Positions 9,022 through 18,684 are shown, counted from the first letter of the stretch. The stretch is 64,000 nucleotides of DNA from a virus (IMGVR_UViG_3300032038_009890:128001-192000); one strand, 5' to 3'. Program-made: numbers and translations. Notes: generated by a model from the letters alone, not told the origin.

Positions 9022-9264
9022 TTAGTGACGAATCCTCATCTCAAGGTGGCCATCACGGTGAATAGTCGCCTCTCCGGGAGCGTTAACCGGGGAGTTGATA
9101 AACACGGAGAACGTGATTGCCTCCGCCGGGAGATTTCCTTCAAAAGCCCTCATGACCTTATCGAAGATGAAGGAGGAACCGTGATACTCCCCGCCGATTG
9201 TGACAATCCGCCGAGCCAGAACGTCACAAGTCTTCAGGACAGCGCCGATGTTAAGATTGTCCAT
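9022..9264 (-). CDS. Hypothetical early protein
   Basis: AAGGAGG RBS; promoter at 9306-9334. Confidence 0.55.
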   Translation of the reverse strand: MDNLNIGAVLKTCDVLARRIVTIGGEYHGSSFIFDKVMRAFEGNLPAEAITFSVFINSPVNAPGEATIHRDGHLEMRIRH

Positions 9265-9384
9265 AATGACCTCCTTATGTGTGGGCTTCGTTGTTTACAT
9301 AGCCCATTATAATTACTTATCGCCTATAAAGCAATGTACAAAACTACCAAAACTTCATAGGCGATTTTGTGCAAGATTAACAAA

Positions 9385-9663
9385 TTAATCCGAAGACCTC
9401 CACGGCATCACATGGCAACCACAGCCACAAAGTTCGTTTCCGTTGCTGTCCTCGAAGCTGTAGTAATCGAGCCAGTACTTCCCGGTACCATGACCAGAAA
9501 GCTTCTGATACTTCCTAGTCTCGTGCGTGACGTAGATGGTTAACTCCTCATCACGGTAACAAACCACCTTACGGTTCGGGGAGCGCCTTGCCTTCTTGAT
9601 CGCCCTGCGCATCAGCCAGACAAGCTCGTGAAAACTGACATACACTTTAAAATTCATAGACAT
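9385..9663 (-). CDS. Hypothetical early protein
   Basis: AAAGGG RBS. Confidence 0.55.
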   Translation of the reverse strand: MSMNFKVYVSFHELVWLMRRAIKKARRSPNRKVVCYRDEELTIYVTHETRKYQKLSGHGTGKYWLDYYSFEDSNGNELCGCGCHVMPWRSSD

Positions 9664-9926
9664 TCCCTTTCTAGCCTCGTAACCTCCGGGGCGTGGTATG
9701 TGTGTTTTATCAGGTATTGTGATACCCTTTTCCGTCCTCGCCTCTTTCCCTAAGAACCATCCTCAGACTTTCAATGCTCAGACACCCAGGAATAGGCTCA
9801 CCGTTTACTGCCATCCAGATATAGTCTTTCAACCAGTTTGTTGTCTTCTTTCTTGCCTCTTTCAATTCCCACTCGTAAACCACTGTTACTCCTTTCTGCC
9901 TTCGTAACCTCCGGGGCGGGGTATCC

Positions 9927-10226
9927 TCAAATCCGCTGTTCGACCACTGCCTGTAGGATACTATACCATTTAAATCGCTTCCTAGTCCCCTTGTTGTTGT
10001 AGTAGCTTACACCACCTCTTGATCCTATGAAGATGTGGCATCGGCTTCTTGCAAAGATTTCTGCTAGTGTTCCTTCGTCGTTTACCAGTCCATATTCTAT
10101 GACCACCGATAGCGTTCCGGTCCCGATGTCCTTTACTTCCCATGTTTTCATTTCTTCGTTCGGTAAAAAGTCTTTCCTAGTAAGCATCTCCAGTTTTTTT
10201 AGCGCTCGTTCCTGGCTCCTAGTCAT
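9927..10226 (-). CDS. Hypothetical early protein
   Basis: First gene after the 10278-10306 promoter; RBS present. Confidence 0.6.
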   Translation of the reverse strand: MTRSQERALKKLEMLTRKDFLPNEEMKTWEVKDIGTGTLSVVIEYGLVNDEGTLAEIFARSRCHIFIGSRGGVSYYNNKGTRKRFKWYSILQAVVEQRI

Positions 10227-10277
10227 GACTGTACCCCCTTATTTAGTTTTCAAAGGTCTGTCCTGTTGACAGGTCTA

Positions 10278-10306
10278 AGTGTACACCTACATTTAAACCA
10301 TGTCAA
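10278..10306 (-). promoter_or_regulatory. Early promoter, copy 2, with downstream boxA-like element (10244-10258)
   Basis: TTGACA-N17-TACACT; GACCTTTGAAAACTA. Confidence 0.8.
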
Positions 10307-10372
10307 TAGTTTTTCTCTGCAAATGTTACATCATCATTTGCCTTAGAGAGAAGGGGGCAAAGCCCCTCCTCA

Positions 10373-10777
10373 TCAGTACTTGAAGCCGTAGAAGGTTATC
10401 TCCATAGGCGTAGCCTCATGGACATTGGCCTCAAGCTTCCTACCGCGCTTGTCCACTCCCCACTTCTTCGACAGAGTGAACAGTTCGTCCTCTCCGAAGC
10501 AGTACGGCTCCTCGGTGCCGAAGACCGTGGTGGGGTCAATTCCCTCGTTGATGTAGTATAGCTTCGGCTCATAGGAAGCCATCAGACGGAGAGAGTAGTT
10601 GATTCCTCCCTCCTTGTCGATCAGGCACTCGGCCCAGAGGTTTCCTTTCTCTTCTGCGTCATGCTGGACGAGCTTTGCACTCCATCCATACTGGCGGCAC
10701 AGCCTCTGGACGGCCTCAAAAGCATTGTCCCCCCTTCTCCAGAGGTGCTTACCATCGTACTCAATCTTGTATCTCAT
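10373..10777 (-). CDS. Hypothetical early protein
   Basis: AAAGGGG RBS; hairpin after the stop. Confidence 0.6.
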   Translation of the reverse strand: MRYKIEYDGKHLWRRGDNAFEAVQRLCRQYGWSAKLVQHDAEEKGNLWAECLIDKEGGINYSLRLMASYEPKLYYINEGIDPTTVFGTEEPYCFGEDELFTLSKKWGVDKRGRKLEANVHEATPMEITFYGFKY

Positions 10778-10813
10778 AGTAATTTATCCCCTTTCTTTTT
10801 TTAGAAGGGAGGA

Positions 10814-11155
10814 TTACTCCTCCCAATTTTCTACAAACTCAATTACCTGATCTGCCAAGTCCTCGCAGACCTCGCGAAAAGATGCATCCTCAAGAGTCTC
10901 CGTATCATACACCTGATCGCAGGAAGTCATTTCTTCATAGCCTTCGATGTTTCTTCTGGCCACAAAACACGCATCTTCACCGTCGGCGGAGCAAAGGAAG
11001 TGATAGCTGTCCTTACCCATCATTAAAACATGAAGATAATAATACGGAGCATCAGCTTCAAATTCACAGGTAGGCCAAGAAGAATTCGCCAAATGGTCAG
11101 CGATTTTCTCAATTAACTGCATCCTCATTCCCTTGGACTTTTTCATATCAATCAC
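10814..11155 (-). CDS. Hypothetical acidic early protein
   Basis: ORF after the 11202-11230 promoter. Confidence 0.6.
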   Translation of the reverse strand: MIDMKKSKGMRMQLIEKIADHLANSSWPTCEFEADAPYYYLHVLMMGKDSYHFLCSADGEDACFVARRNIEGYEEMTSCDQVYDTETLEDASFREVCEDLADQVIEFVENWEE

Positions 11156-11201
11156 CTTTCTCTTATTTAGTTGTCAAAGATCATATCTCATTGCAGATAT
11201 A

Positions 11202-11230
11202 AGTGTACACCTGTGGCAGAGGAAAGTCAA
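11202..11230 (-). promoter_or_regulatory. Early promoter, copy 3
   Basis: TTGACT-N17-TACACT; boxA-like element at 11168-11182. Confidence 0.75.
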
Positions 11231-11276
11231 CAGTAAATGTTATTTCTCTTTAACATTAACTTTCCCCTAAACCCGC

Positions 11277-12023
11277 TCAGATCGCGAACCTGCTCACAAC
11301 CCTTCTCCTCGGCGCTGTCTTTTCAATGATTGCCGCGGCTACATCCACCCTCCCGGCATCGTTTGCCATGTCGAGCAGGATTTTCATGTTCGCTTTGGTA
11401 ATCAGGTCCTCATTAACAAGGCGGATAATCGTGGCATCCGAAGTCCTGGAAAAGTAATCCTTTTCCTTTAACTCGTGCCCTGCGAATCTGTGGACATATT
11501 TACGAGATGCCTCACTGCCCTTCCCTGCATCTACCAGACCAAAGTAGGAATCAATCCAGAGCATCGGGTTATACCGTCTCTTATGACGACGCCGATCGGA
11601 AATAGTTATATATGTGTCAGCGAGATACACAAAAGCGCAAAACACATCATGAAATACAGACATAGACGTTCCTTTACGTATGGTAAATACTTCACCATAT
11701 ACATTTATATTTACATCATGACTAATAGCATCCTCATCAGACGCTATCAACATATCCATTAAATCATAAGATGTCAAAGACGCATAATCCAGATTGATGG
11801 TTTCTACGCAAGGGAAGTAGCAATCATGCTCACCCATCTTATAAAATGTGGAAAAGCCCAGAAAGTTCAGTGTTTTCGCTTTAATACCGAGATATACAAT
11901 ATCTTCCAAGCAAACGCCGCTGTGGAAGAAGATTGTCTCCACTCCCTCATACACGCCCTTGATGGAATCATGTCCATCTTTAAAAACGTGCAGTGTGGTC
12001 CCATTCCTCTCAAATCTTGCCAT
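11277..12023 (-). CDS. Hypothetical protein, paralog of 12151-12945
   Basis: Shared MARFxRxGxTLHV start, SDATIIRL, ANDxGRVDV and VVSxFAI end. Confidence 0.75.
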   Translation of the reverse strand: MARFERNGTTLHVFKDGHDSIKGVYEGVETIFFHSGVCLEDIVYLGIKAKTLNFLGFSTFYKMGEHDCYFPCVETINLDYASLTSYDLMDMLIASDEDAISHDVNINVYGEVFTIRKGTSMSVFHDVFCAFVYLADTYITISDRRRHKRRYNPMLWIDSYFGLVDAGKGSEASRKYVHRFAGHELKEKDYFSRTSDATIIRLVNEDLITKANMKILLDMANDAGRVDVAAAIIEKTAPRRRVVSRFAI

Positions 12024-12068
12024 TTCTTTTACCTCCTTATTCAGTTGCCAAGGTTCATCTCTTGTATA

Positions 12069-12097
12069 AGTGTACACTCATAAGATTAGGATGTCAA
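12069..12097 (-). promoter_or_regulatory. Early promoter, copy 4
   Basis: TTGACA-N17-TACACT; boxA-like element at 12042-12056. Confidence 0.8.
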
Positions 12098-12150
12098 CAG
12101 TAAATTAATTTTCCCTTTTACCGCTGACATCCATCTCAAGGCTCTCTTAT

Positions 12151-12945
12151 TCAGATTGCAAACTTGCTGACCACATTTCGCTTCGGAGCGGCCTTCTCCA
12201 GAATCTCCGCGACTACGTCAACCCGCCCGGAATCATTTGCCATACCTAGTAGGCTCAGCATCATTGCCTTGGTAAGCAAGTCCTCCCTGATCAGACGGAT
12301 AATCGTCGCATCAGAAGCTTTGGAGAAGTGCTTCTTTACGGCAGTACCTGCATGTCTGCGGACATATTTCCGGGATTCGTCATCGTCTTTGCCTACATCC
12401 TCCAGAGCAAAGAAGAGATCAATCCAGAAAAGCGGTTCACAGGAATCGTTCTTACGGTTCTCATAAGTCAGAAGTTCACACTGATTATAATAGCCAAAAA
12501 CGACTTGGCTGGCCCAGTTGACAATGCTCTGTGTAGTTCCCTTGGAGAACGTAGCCACGTAGGGAATTTTTCCATTGCGACGCCAACGCCTGACCGTCAA
12601 GTCATTTTCAAGTATAGGATCTTCCTTTCCGTAGTAGTGAAGACCCATCACCAGTCTGATGATATCATCAATACCGGTGACATCATCAATAAGAGAAGGA
12701 TACGAAAACACATCGATACTTTCCACACCATAGAAAACCCTGTCATATAAAGACAGCGAAGTAAAGCAATCCACATTATTGTTAAAATAAAGATGCTTTG
12801 CCTCGATGCCGGGAAATACCACATCCCTCAGGAGAACCCCTTCGTGGAAGTAGATAGAATCCACTCCCTCAAACACGCCGATGTTAGATTCCTTTCCATC
12901 AGCGTAAACATGCAGAGTAACGCCCTCCCTTACGAATCTTGCCAT
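12151..12945 (-). CDS. Hypothetical protein, paralog of 11277-12023
   Basis: Same shared motifs; GGAGG RBS. Confidence 0.75.
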   Translation of the reverse strand: MARFVREGVTLHVYADGKESNIGVFEGVDSIYFHEGVLLRDVVFPGIEAKHLYFNNNVDCFTSLSLYDRVFYGVESIDVFSYPSLIDDVTGIDDIIRLVMGLHYYGKEDPILENDLTVRRWRRNGKIPYVATFSKGTTQSIVNWASQVVFGYYNQCELLTYENRKNDSCEPLFWIDLFFALEDVGKDDDESRKYVRRHAGTAVKKHFSKASDATIIRLIREDLLTKAMMLSLLGMANDSGRVDVVAEILEKAAPKRNVVSKFAI

Positions 12946-12999
12946 TTCTCTTTCCCTCCCTGTATTCTGTTTTCAAAGGTCATCTCTGTTGCTGACATA

Positions 13000-13028
13000 A
13001 GTGTATACCTATAGATGTTCTTTGTCAA
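13000..13028 (-). promoter_or_regulatory. Early promoter, copy 5
   Basis: TTGACA-N17-TACACT; boxA-like element at 12967-12981. Confidence 0.8.
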
Positions 13029-13069
13029 CAATTATTTTTCCTTTTTTCAGAGCGGAGGAGAGCAGAGGA

Positions 13070-13342
13070 TTAATCCTCTGCATCATCCCACTGAGCAAGC
13101 TCCGCCTCAAGGCATCTGCGCTCGTACTCCTCCTCCGTTTCCGTTTCGGGAAGGTCAACAGTGGCCCAATCTTCATACTCATTGACCCAGACAGGGTCTC
13201 CCCAAGGATTAATCGTCAGGACCTCCCTGCCAGTGGCATGGACGAAACCCACACCATCCTCATGCCGATCAAACGGCATAGGACCAACAATCCTCCTGAT
13301 CTCCGTCATAGCTTTATCCTCCCTTAGTCTATCTTCGTGCAC
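13070..13342 (-). CDS. Hypothetical acidic protein (start probably 13309)
   Basis: GGAGG RBS before MTEIRR. Confidence 0.5.
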   Translation of the reverse strand: MHEDRLREDKAMTEIRRIVGPMPFDRHEDGVGFVHATGREVLTINPWGDPVWVNEYEDWATVDLPETETEEEYERRCLEAELAQWDDAED

Positions 13343-13614
13343 AGGGCAACCCGCATCAGGCCTTCCTGCGCATCATTTGCTCTCTCTTCCGCGATCAGAT
13401 CAGCATCTTTATAGCCCCAAGACGATAACTTGTAGGACATCCAAAGCGAAGCCAATTTGGCACAGTCAGTCACGCTCACGACACGATAAGCGTCGTCCTT
13501 CATATAGAGAAAACAACCCTCGAAGAAGTCGTAATGCCAGTCATCGTAGAATATACCATCCTTGGTATACGCCATAATGATATCATAAAGCCCGGTCTCG
13601 TCGAATATCTTCAT
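13324..13614 (-). CDS. Hypothetical early protein
   Basis: AGGAGG RBS. Confidence 0.6.
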   Translation of the reverse strand: MKIFDETGLYDIIMAYTKDGIFYDDWHYDFFEGCFLYMKDDAYRVVSVTDCAKLASLWMSYKLSSWGYKDADLIAEERANDAQEGLMRVALCTKID

Positions 13615-13691
13615 TTTCGCTTCCCTCCTGTACTAGATTAATGCTTTCATCTGGGAGAGCGACAGCAGTCGCCCTCTCAGTCAAAGCACAA

Positions 13692-13931
13692 TCATATAAA
13701 GTGAATTACCTTGTTTCCGTTGCTGTCTTCCACCCGCACCTTTCTTCCTTGGTTCAGATGATTGATGACAGCAAACGCCTCGTAAAAGGCGGCAAGTTCG
13801 TCGCTATCTTCGCTCCATCCAAGACGCGACAGCCAGTGCGCCTCTCTAGAGGGAACGCCGCCTCGATTCGCTTCCTCATCCTGCATGCAGTGCCTCATGA
13901 ATCCGTAGACGATGTTGTTTTTACTTTCCAT
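13692..13931 (-). CDS. Hypothetical early protein
   Basis: AAGGGG RBS. Confidence 0.5.
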   Translation of the reverse strand: MESKNNIVYGFMRHCMQDEEANRGGVPSREAHWLSRLGWSEDSDELAAFYEAFAVINHLNQGRKVRVEDSNGNKVIHFI

Positions 13932-14080
13932 TTCCGTTATCCCCTTTCTTAGTACATCCTAGTTAGTTTTCGCTTCGTGCAGGGGATTGCTCCCCTGCAT
14001 TTACCTTCGTCTTACAGATGCCGATTGTAGGTGAATCGGCTGTTGTTTCCCTCCTGTGTTGGTTTTCTCTTACGCATCTA

Positions 14081-14109
14081 AGTGTACACCTATCTGCGCT
14101 CGATGTCAA
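14081..14109 (-). promoter_or_regulatory. Early promoter, copy 6
   Basis: TTGACA-N17-TACACT. Confidence 0.8.
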
Positions 14110-14250
14110 CAACTTTTTTTGTTAATTTTCTCCTGCCCCGAAGGGCAGGTTTGCCTCCGTGCTTAGATTTTGTGGCAACGCGGGGAGCCTTCGCTTTCTC
14201 CCCGCCGCTCTTGGCCTAATGCCCTCGGCCTGTCGGCCCTGCCAAGACAG

Positions 14251-14568
14251 TCAGTCCGTAGTTTCAAAATAGTACTGAAGCTCATCATCCTTGAGATGGT
14301 CCATACAGTACTCATCTACCTTCTTCCAGAGGCTGTCGTACAGCCTGGAGAGTGCTTCGTCTCCGGCGTAGTAATGCTCCCAGATTTTGTGGTTAAGGAC
14401 CATCACAAGCTCCGTAAGATACTTGTAGTTCCCTTTCCAGTCCCGGAAGGCTCTGCTGTAGGTATCCCGCACCGCGGACGTTCCAAAGCGATCAGCAATG
14501 GAAAAGTCTTCCCAGAAGGTAGTGATGGGGGTATACCCCGGGATATCAAGCTTAAAATTGATCGTCAT
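14251..14568 (-). CDS. Phage hypothetical protein
   Basis: TTFWEDFSIADRFG..YLTELVMVLNHKIW; RBS present. Confidence 0.7.
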   Translation of the reverse strand: MTINFKLDIPGYTPITTFWEDFSIADRFGTSAVRDTYSRAFRDWKGNYKYLTELVMVLNHKIWEHYYAGDEALSRLYDSLWKKVDEYCMDHLKDDELQYYFETTD

Positions 14569-14653
14569 AGTAAATAATCCCCTTTCTCTTTGGCCCTGCC
14601 CCGAAGGGATTTCATTTCCCTCCGTACTGTGTTATTTATCGCTTGCAAGGATA

Positions 14654-14682
14654 AGTGTACACCTATATCTCGTCTTTGTCAA
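14654..14682 (-). promoter_or_regulatory. Early promoter, copy 7
   Basis: TTGACA-N17-TACACT. Confidence 0.8.
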
Positions 14683-14775
14683 CACTTATTTTATCCAACT
14701 TTTACTTCCACCAGAAGGGCTTTTGCCCCTCCGATGGTTTGCCTTCGACTTTCCCTTTGAGCGGGGCATCTAGTT

Positions 14776-15105
14776 TCAGAGGCTGATTTCCGTTGCTCCG
14801 TCGTACATCTCTAGGGCCTTGATGAGCCTCTTCAGGCGGCCTGTCTCAGAGACCCATGTCTTATAGGCCTCCCTGCTGTCGTGTCTGTCATCCGCACGAC
14901 AGTTGCCGTCCTCGTAGTAGCAGGAGAGCCAGTACTTAGCCTCCTTTTTCATCCATTCGACGGTGACTCTTCCTGCCTCGACTCCGTAGTACCTCGGGTT
15001 CTCGAAGATTTCGCCACCCTTCTCTACCATCAGATGATCGCATCCGATCGCCTCCATGGTCTTGTTAAACCGCTTCACGATCGTGGTAGTATTTGCCTTC
15101 TTCAT
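14776..15105 (-). CDS. Hypothetical early protein
   Basis: GGAGG RBS. Confidence 0.6.
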   Translation of the reverse strand: MKKANTTTIVKRFNKTMEAIGCDHLMVEKGGEIFENPRYYGVEAGRVTVEWMKKEAKYWLSCYYEDGNCRADDRHDSREAYKTWVSETGRLKRLIKALEMYDGATEISL

Positions 15106-15146
15106 TTTTTGTTTCCCTCCGTATTTGATTTTCCCTTGCAGGTATA

Positions 15147-15175
15147 AGTGTACACCTATACAGCAATGGTGTCAA
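15147..15175 (-). promoter_or_regulatory. Early promoter, copy 8
   Basis: TTGACA-N17-TACACT. Confidence 0.8.
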
Positions 15176-15238
15176 TACTTTTCCCTTGTAACTGTTACTT
15201 CTTCCCCCGGCTTTTCCTGCCGGGGGACTGATAAGGCA

Positions 15239-15580
15239 TCAATCGTAGTCACTCTCCTGCCGCGCCAGAATCCTGCCCTCCATGTGGCAAGCCATGTCGC
15301 TCACGTGGACGCGGGGCGTCTTTGAGGCAATCCTGCCGACAGGCTCCCCGTTGATATAGAGAGCGCCGTCATCCACCACAGGGACCATCTCAATGTCGGC
15401 CTGTTTGCCAACGCGCCACGCGGAGACCATCTTGACGATCTCAGAAGGCTCCGCGAGAGCTACATCAACGCCCACCTGCAGCAGAATCTCGGAGTTGATA
15501 AAGTTGATGATCGCCTTCCTTCTCATCGGCATTCCCTTCATGATTGTATTTCTCCTTTCGCTTTCGCTTGTTGTTGACAA
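15239..15580 (-). CDS. Hypothetical early protein (start probably 15541)
   Basis: AAGGAG RBS before MKGMP. Confidence 0.55.
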   Translation of the reverse strand: MSTTSESERRNTIMKGMPMRRKAIINFINSEILLQVGVDVALAEPSEIVKMVSAWRVGKQADIEMVPVVDDGALYINGEPVGRIASKTPRVHVSDMACHMEGRILARQESDYD

Positions 15581-15654
15581 CCTCCGGGAATTTCTCCCCG
15601 GAACGCTCCCGGCTTAATGCCCTTAGCCATCTCTGGCCCCGCCGGGACGGGTTA

Positions 15655-15972
15655 CTATTTGCCTTTGTATCTGTGACTGATGAGGCTCTCAGTGATTTCA
15701 AAAACGGTTTCCATCTTGTGGTAGATACGCGCCCGGAGGGTTCCATCCTCCAGATCATTTCCATCTTCCCAGAGGCCGCTCGCCATCAGGAAGTTCTCAT
15801 AGTCACTGTAGGTTTCATCCCAGTAGCAGGTGATGATCTCTTCCGCCGTCTCCCGTGCATTTCCCTCGTCGAGGCAGGTGTGGACTTCCTTTGCCATCTT
15901 TTTAAAGAGGCTCTCAAGCTTCAGCATGTAGGCCTCCGCCATCATCTCCTGCCAGACTTCATACTTCTTCAT
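15655..15972 (-). CDS. Hypothetical early protein (TAG-TAA double stop)
   Basis: GGAGG RBS. Confidence 0.6.
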   Translation of the reverse strand: MKKYEVWQEMMAEAYMLKLESLFKKMAKEVHTCLDEGNARETAEEIITCYWDETYSDYENFLMASGLWEDGNDLEDGTLRARIYHKMETVFEITESLISHRYKGK

Positions 15973-16011
15973 TTCCGTTCCCTCCAGTGCATGTTAGTTT
16001 TCGCTTACGAA

Positions 16012-16305
16012 TCAGTGATCAGTTCCGTATCCTGCGTCAAGCAGGTTCCCTTCTTCGTCACGGATTTCCATCCGCAGAGGGTCAAAGGGCTTGCTCAGAG
16101 AGCACCAAGTTCCGTAGAAGTAGCACTTCTTCGGGCCATCCTCGGTAACAAGGTAGATGTACTTGACGCTTTCATCCGTGCAGTCCGCCATGTCCATGCG
16201 ATTGAATAGTTCATTCGCGGTGCACAGGGTAGAGAAGTTGCTGAAAGGTTCAGTGATGCAGACTAAATACTTATTCATTTCGCTTTCCTTTCTGGTTACA
16301 GCCAA
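16012..16305 (-). CDS. Hypothetical early protein (start probably 16278)
   Basis: AAGGA RBS before MNKYLV; ends GYGTDH. Confidence 0.6.
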   Translation of the reverse strand: MAVTRKESEMNKYLVCITEPFSNFSTLCTANELFNRMDMADCTDESVKYIYLVTEDGPKKCYFYGTWCSLSKPFDPLRMEIRDEEGNLLDAGYGTDH

Positions 16306-16326
16306 TTACTTTTCGCTTTGTGTACA

Positions 16327-16355
16327 AGTGTACACCTATATAGGACTTTTGTCAA
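16327..16355 (-). promoter_or_regulatory. Early promoter, copy 9
   Basis: TTGACA-N17-TACACT. Confidence 0.8.
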
Positions 16356-16661
16356 CCCCCTTTTTCTTCTGGTGCGGGGGGAGATTTCTCTCCCCCCATT
16401 TCCCTTACCAGTTGCGAGTCATGAAGGCATTGCCCACAGCCGCAAGAGGCAGGCCGACGCGAAAGTTACGCTTGTAGATCAGGTATAAGCCTGACCCAAA
16501 CATAATCATCCCCGTCGTAATCATTATGTTTTTAAAGTTCATCTTCTCGTTCCCTTCTGTTATTCTTCGCTTGCCCCATCCTAGCAGTTTTTTACTCCCT
16601 TGGCAAGTAGCAGATTGCACAAAAGTTTTGGTTTGCCTTTGCGCAATCTGTACAACCTGTC

Positions 16662-16871
16662 TCAGTCCATGCCTAGGTCTTCCTCCGGGACTCCCGGCAG
16701 GTTTCCCATGCAGTAGGCCTCCCAGATGCCTTCCACGATTTCTTTGGCATATACTTCGTTATCGACTTCGGCTACCTCCCTGTCAGCAATCCGGTTCAGT
16801 GCCTCAGCGATTTCCTCCCAGTTGATAGGACACTCTGCCCCAAAGCTGTCCACGGTGAAGTATTCTTTCAT
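16662..16871 (-). CDS. Hypothetical acidic protein
   Basis: AAGGAG RBS. Confidence 0.6.
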   Translation of the reverse strand: MKEYFTVDSFGAECPINWEEIAEALNRIADREVAEVDNEVYAKEIVEGIWEAYCMGNLPGVPEEDLGMD

Positions 16872-16904
16872 TTCTATCTCCTTTCTGTTTGCCTTACAGG
16901 CCTA

Positions 16905-16933
16905 AGTGTACACCTGTATGGCGCCTTTGTCAA
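16905..16933 (-). promoter_or_regulatory. Early promoter, copy 10
   Basis: TTGACA-N17-TACACT. Confidence 0.8.
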
Positions 16934-16960
16934 CGGTAACATTAACTTCTGGCGGCTCCC

Positions 16961-17164
16961 TCACCTCATAGATGCAGTACACTGAACCGCATCCGCCAGT
17001 GTGGCATATGCGGTGGCACAGGTCTCCATGCGGTGATGACTATTGTCGTTGGTATACACCTTCCAGAGAGGTTTCCCTGCCTGGTACACCCTACAAGCTA
17101 TGTAGGGGTAATCATCTACCTCAAACCTGTATCTACTTTGACCCTCATATAAATTGTAATTCAT
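16961..17164 (-). CDS. Hypothetical protein
   Basis: AGGAGG RBS. Confidence 0.55.
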   Translation of the reverse strand: MNYNLYEGQSRYRFEVDDYPYIACRVYQAGKPLWKVYTNDNSHHRMETCATAYATLADAVQCTASMR

Positions 17165-17238
17165 AATTTCCTCCTATGACTTTTCTCTTGGTTACATCTC
17201 AGTGGGCGAGGGGCTTTTCCCTCCCCCACTCAGTGCAG

Positions 17239-17484
17239 TCAAGAAATCCGTAATACCTCGGAGAAAGGGATGAACATCTCCCCCCAGAGGAAGCCATCTA
17301 CCTCCTCGCCATCGTCGTTCTCCTGCGTGGTAAAGGGGCATTTCTCTGTTGACTTTACCTCGTCTTGGTCAGTCGTCACAGTGATGACATGGACCTCCTC
17401 CATGTAATCATCTACGTCAACCACCAGAAGCGCCGCGGTATTGCTCAGCACATACACGCCCATTGCATTGATTTTGTTAGTCAT
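17239..17484 (-). CDS. Hypothetical acidic protein
   Basis: GGAGG RBS; translationally coupled. Confidence 0.6.
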   Translation of the reverse strand: MTNKINAMGVYVLSNTAALLVVDVDDYMEEVHVITVTTDQDEVKSTEKCPFTTQENDDGEEVDGFLWGEMFIPFSEVLRIS

Positions 17485-17687
17485 CGCTTATTCCTCCTCC
17501 TGTCCTCTCTCCAGAGATTGTTCCTCCGCTCCCTCTCCTCATCCAAGTGGTCTTTGCCCAGAGCCAAAACAAACAGCACTGCGCAAACCAGAGCAATGAT
17601 CAGGGAGCCGTTGCCCTGCTCCGCATCCGCTACAAAGACGGACACAAGGACCACAGGGAGCATGACGGCCGCCGCAATTCCTGCCAT
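17481..17687 (-). CDS. Small membrane protein with two hydrophobic segments
   Basis: Two hydrophobic stretches and a basic tail. Confidence 0.5.
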   Translation of the reverse strand: MAGIAAAVMLPVVLVSVFVADAEQGNGSLIIALVCAVLFVLALGKDHLDEERERRNNLWREDRRRNKR

Positions 17688-18012
17688 AGTTGTCTCATGC
17701 TACTCCACGCGGGGAGAGGACTTTGTGCCCCCTCCCCTGTTGTCACGCCTTTGGCTTGACGGGGATAAATTCGCCCTCGATGATAAACGTCACCTTGTCG
17801 GACTGCTCACCCTCATCGGCCACCCGCCTGAAAAGACCTTCGAAGTTGACGCCCTCGGCCTCCAGGCGGATGTACACAGTACCATCGGCGTTACCGTGGA
17901 TGTGTAGCATGATGCACCTCCTCTCGTGTTGGATTTTGTGGGATGTGCCCACATCGCAGAGAGCAAGGCGCGTAGCCTTCCTCCCTGCATCTAGGTACAT
18001 CCTAGCAGATAG

Positions 18013-18639
18013 TTATCGCCTGCACGTAAACAGGCCGTTCCGCAGCGTGACCTCAGAGAAGACCTGCTGAAGCTCGGGAAGATACTGCCTCACCTTACGG
18101 TTAAGCTGATAGCAGTCCTTCTTCGTCTGACGGCCATCCGCGGAGCCGTCGCCGTCGTACACTGTGATGTACACGGTATCCGCCAGAGAGGCTAGTGTTT
18201 CTAGGACATCATGACGGGCCTCTTCTTCGGCGATGACATTGAGAACGTTGCTGCACAGGGCAGTGTCGTAGTGGTTCAGCAGGAGCCAGGGACGCGGCAA
18301 GTTGTACGGGTCGTGGCCAACCACGTTCTCGGGCAGGTCATACAGATCGAAGTACCTACCACAGCCAAAGTCGATCGTGGAACCTGTCTTGCTCACATCC
18401 ACCAGAGAGTAGATGCGTGGCATCTTGCTCGAGTTGATAGAGGTATCTGCGGAGGTGTATTCCTGCGCCACGCACGGCCTGATGGCCTCTACACGGGCCT
18501 GGAAGCTCTCCTCCCAGAGAGCCTTGACGACGTCGGCGTCATCCGCGGAGACCTGCTCCAGGGCTTTGTTCCAGTCTGCCAGAATGGTGTTCAGTGCGGT
18601 CTCAGTTGTCTCGATGGTGGTCATATTGGTATTCTGCAT
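18013..18639 (-). CDS. Class I SAM-dependent methyltransferase
   Basis: IDFGCG motif I, HDPYN, CSNVLNVI. Confidence 0.8.
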   Translation of the reverse strand: MQNTNMTTIETTETALNTILADWNKALEQVSADDADVVKALWEESFQARVEAIRPCVAQEYTSADTSINSSKMPRIYSLVDVSKTGSTIDFGCGRYFDLYDLPENVVGHDPYNLPRPWLLLNHYDTALCSNVLNVIAEEEARHDVLETLASLADTVYITVYDGDGSADGRQTKKDCYQLNRKVRQYLPELQQVFSEVTLRNGLFTCRR

Positions 18640-18684
18640 TGTAATATCCTCCTCAGATTGTAAAAAGTAGTTTTGTGAACCAAA

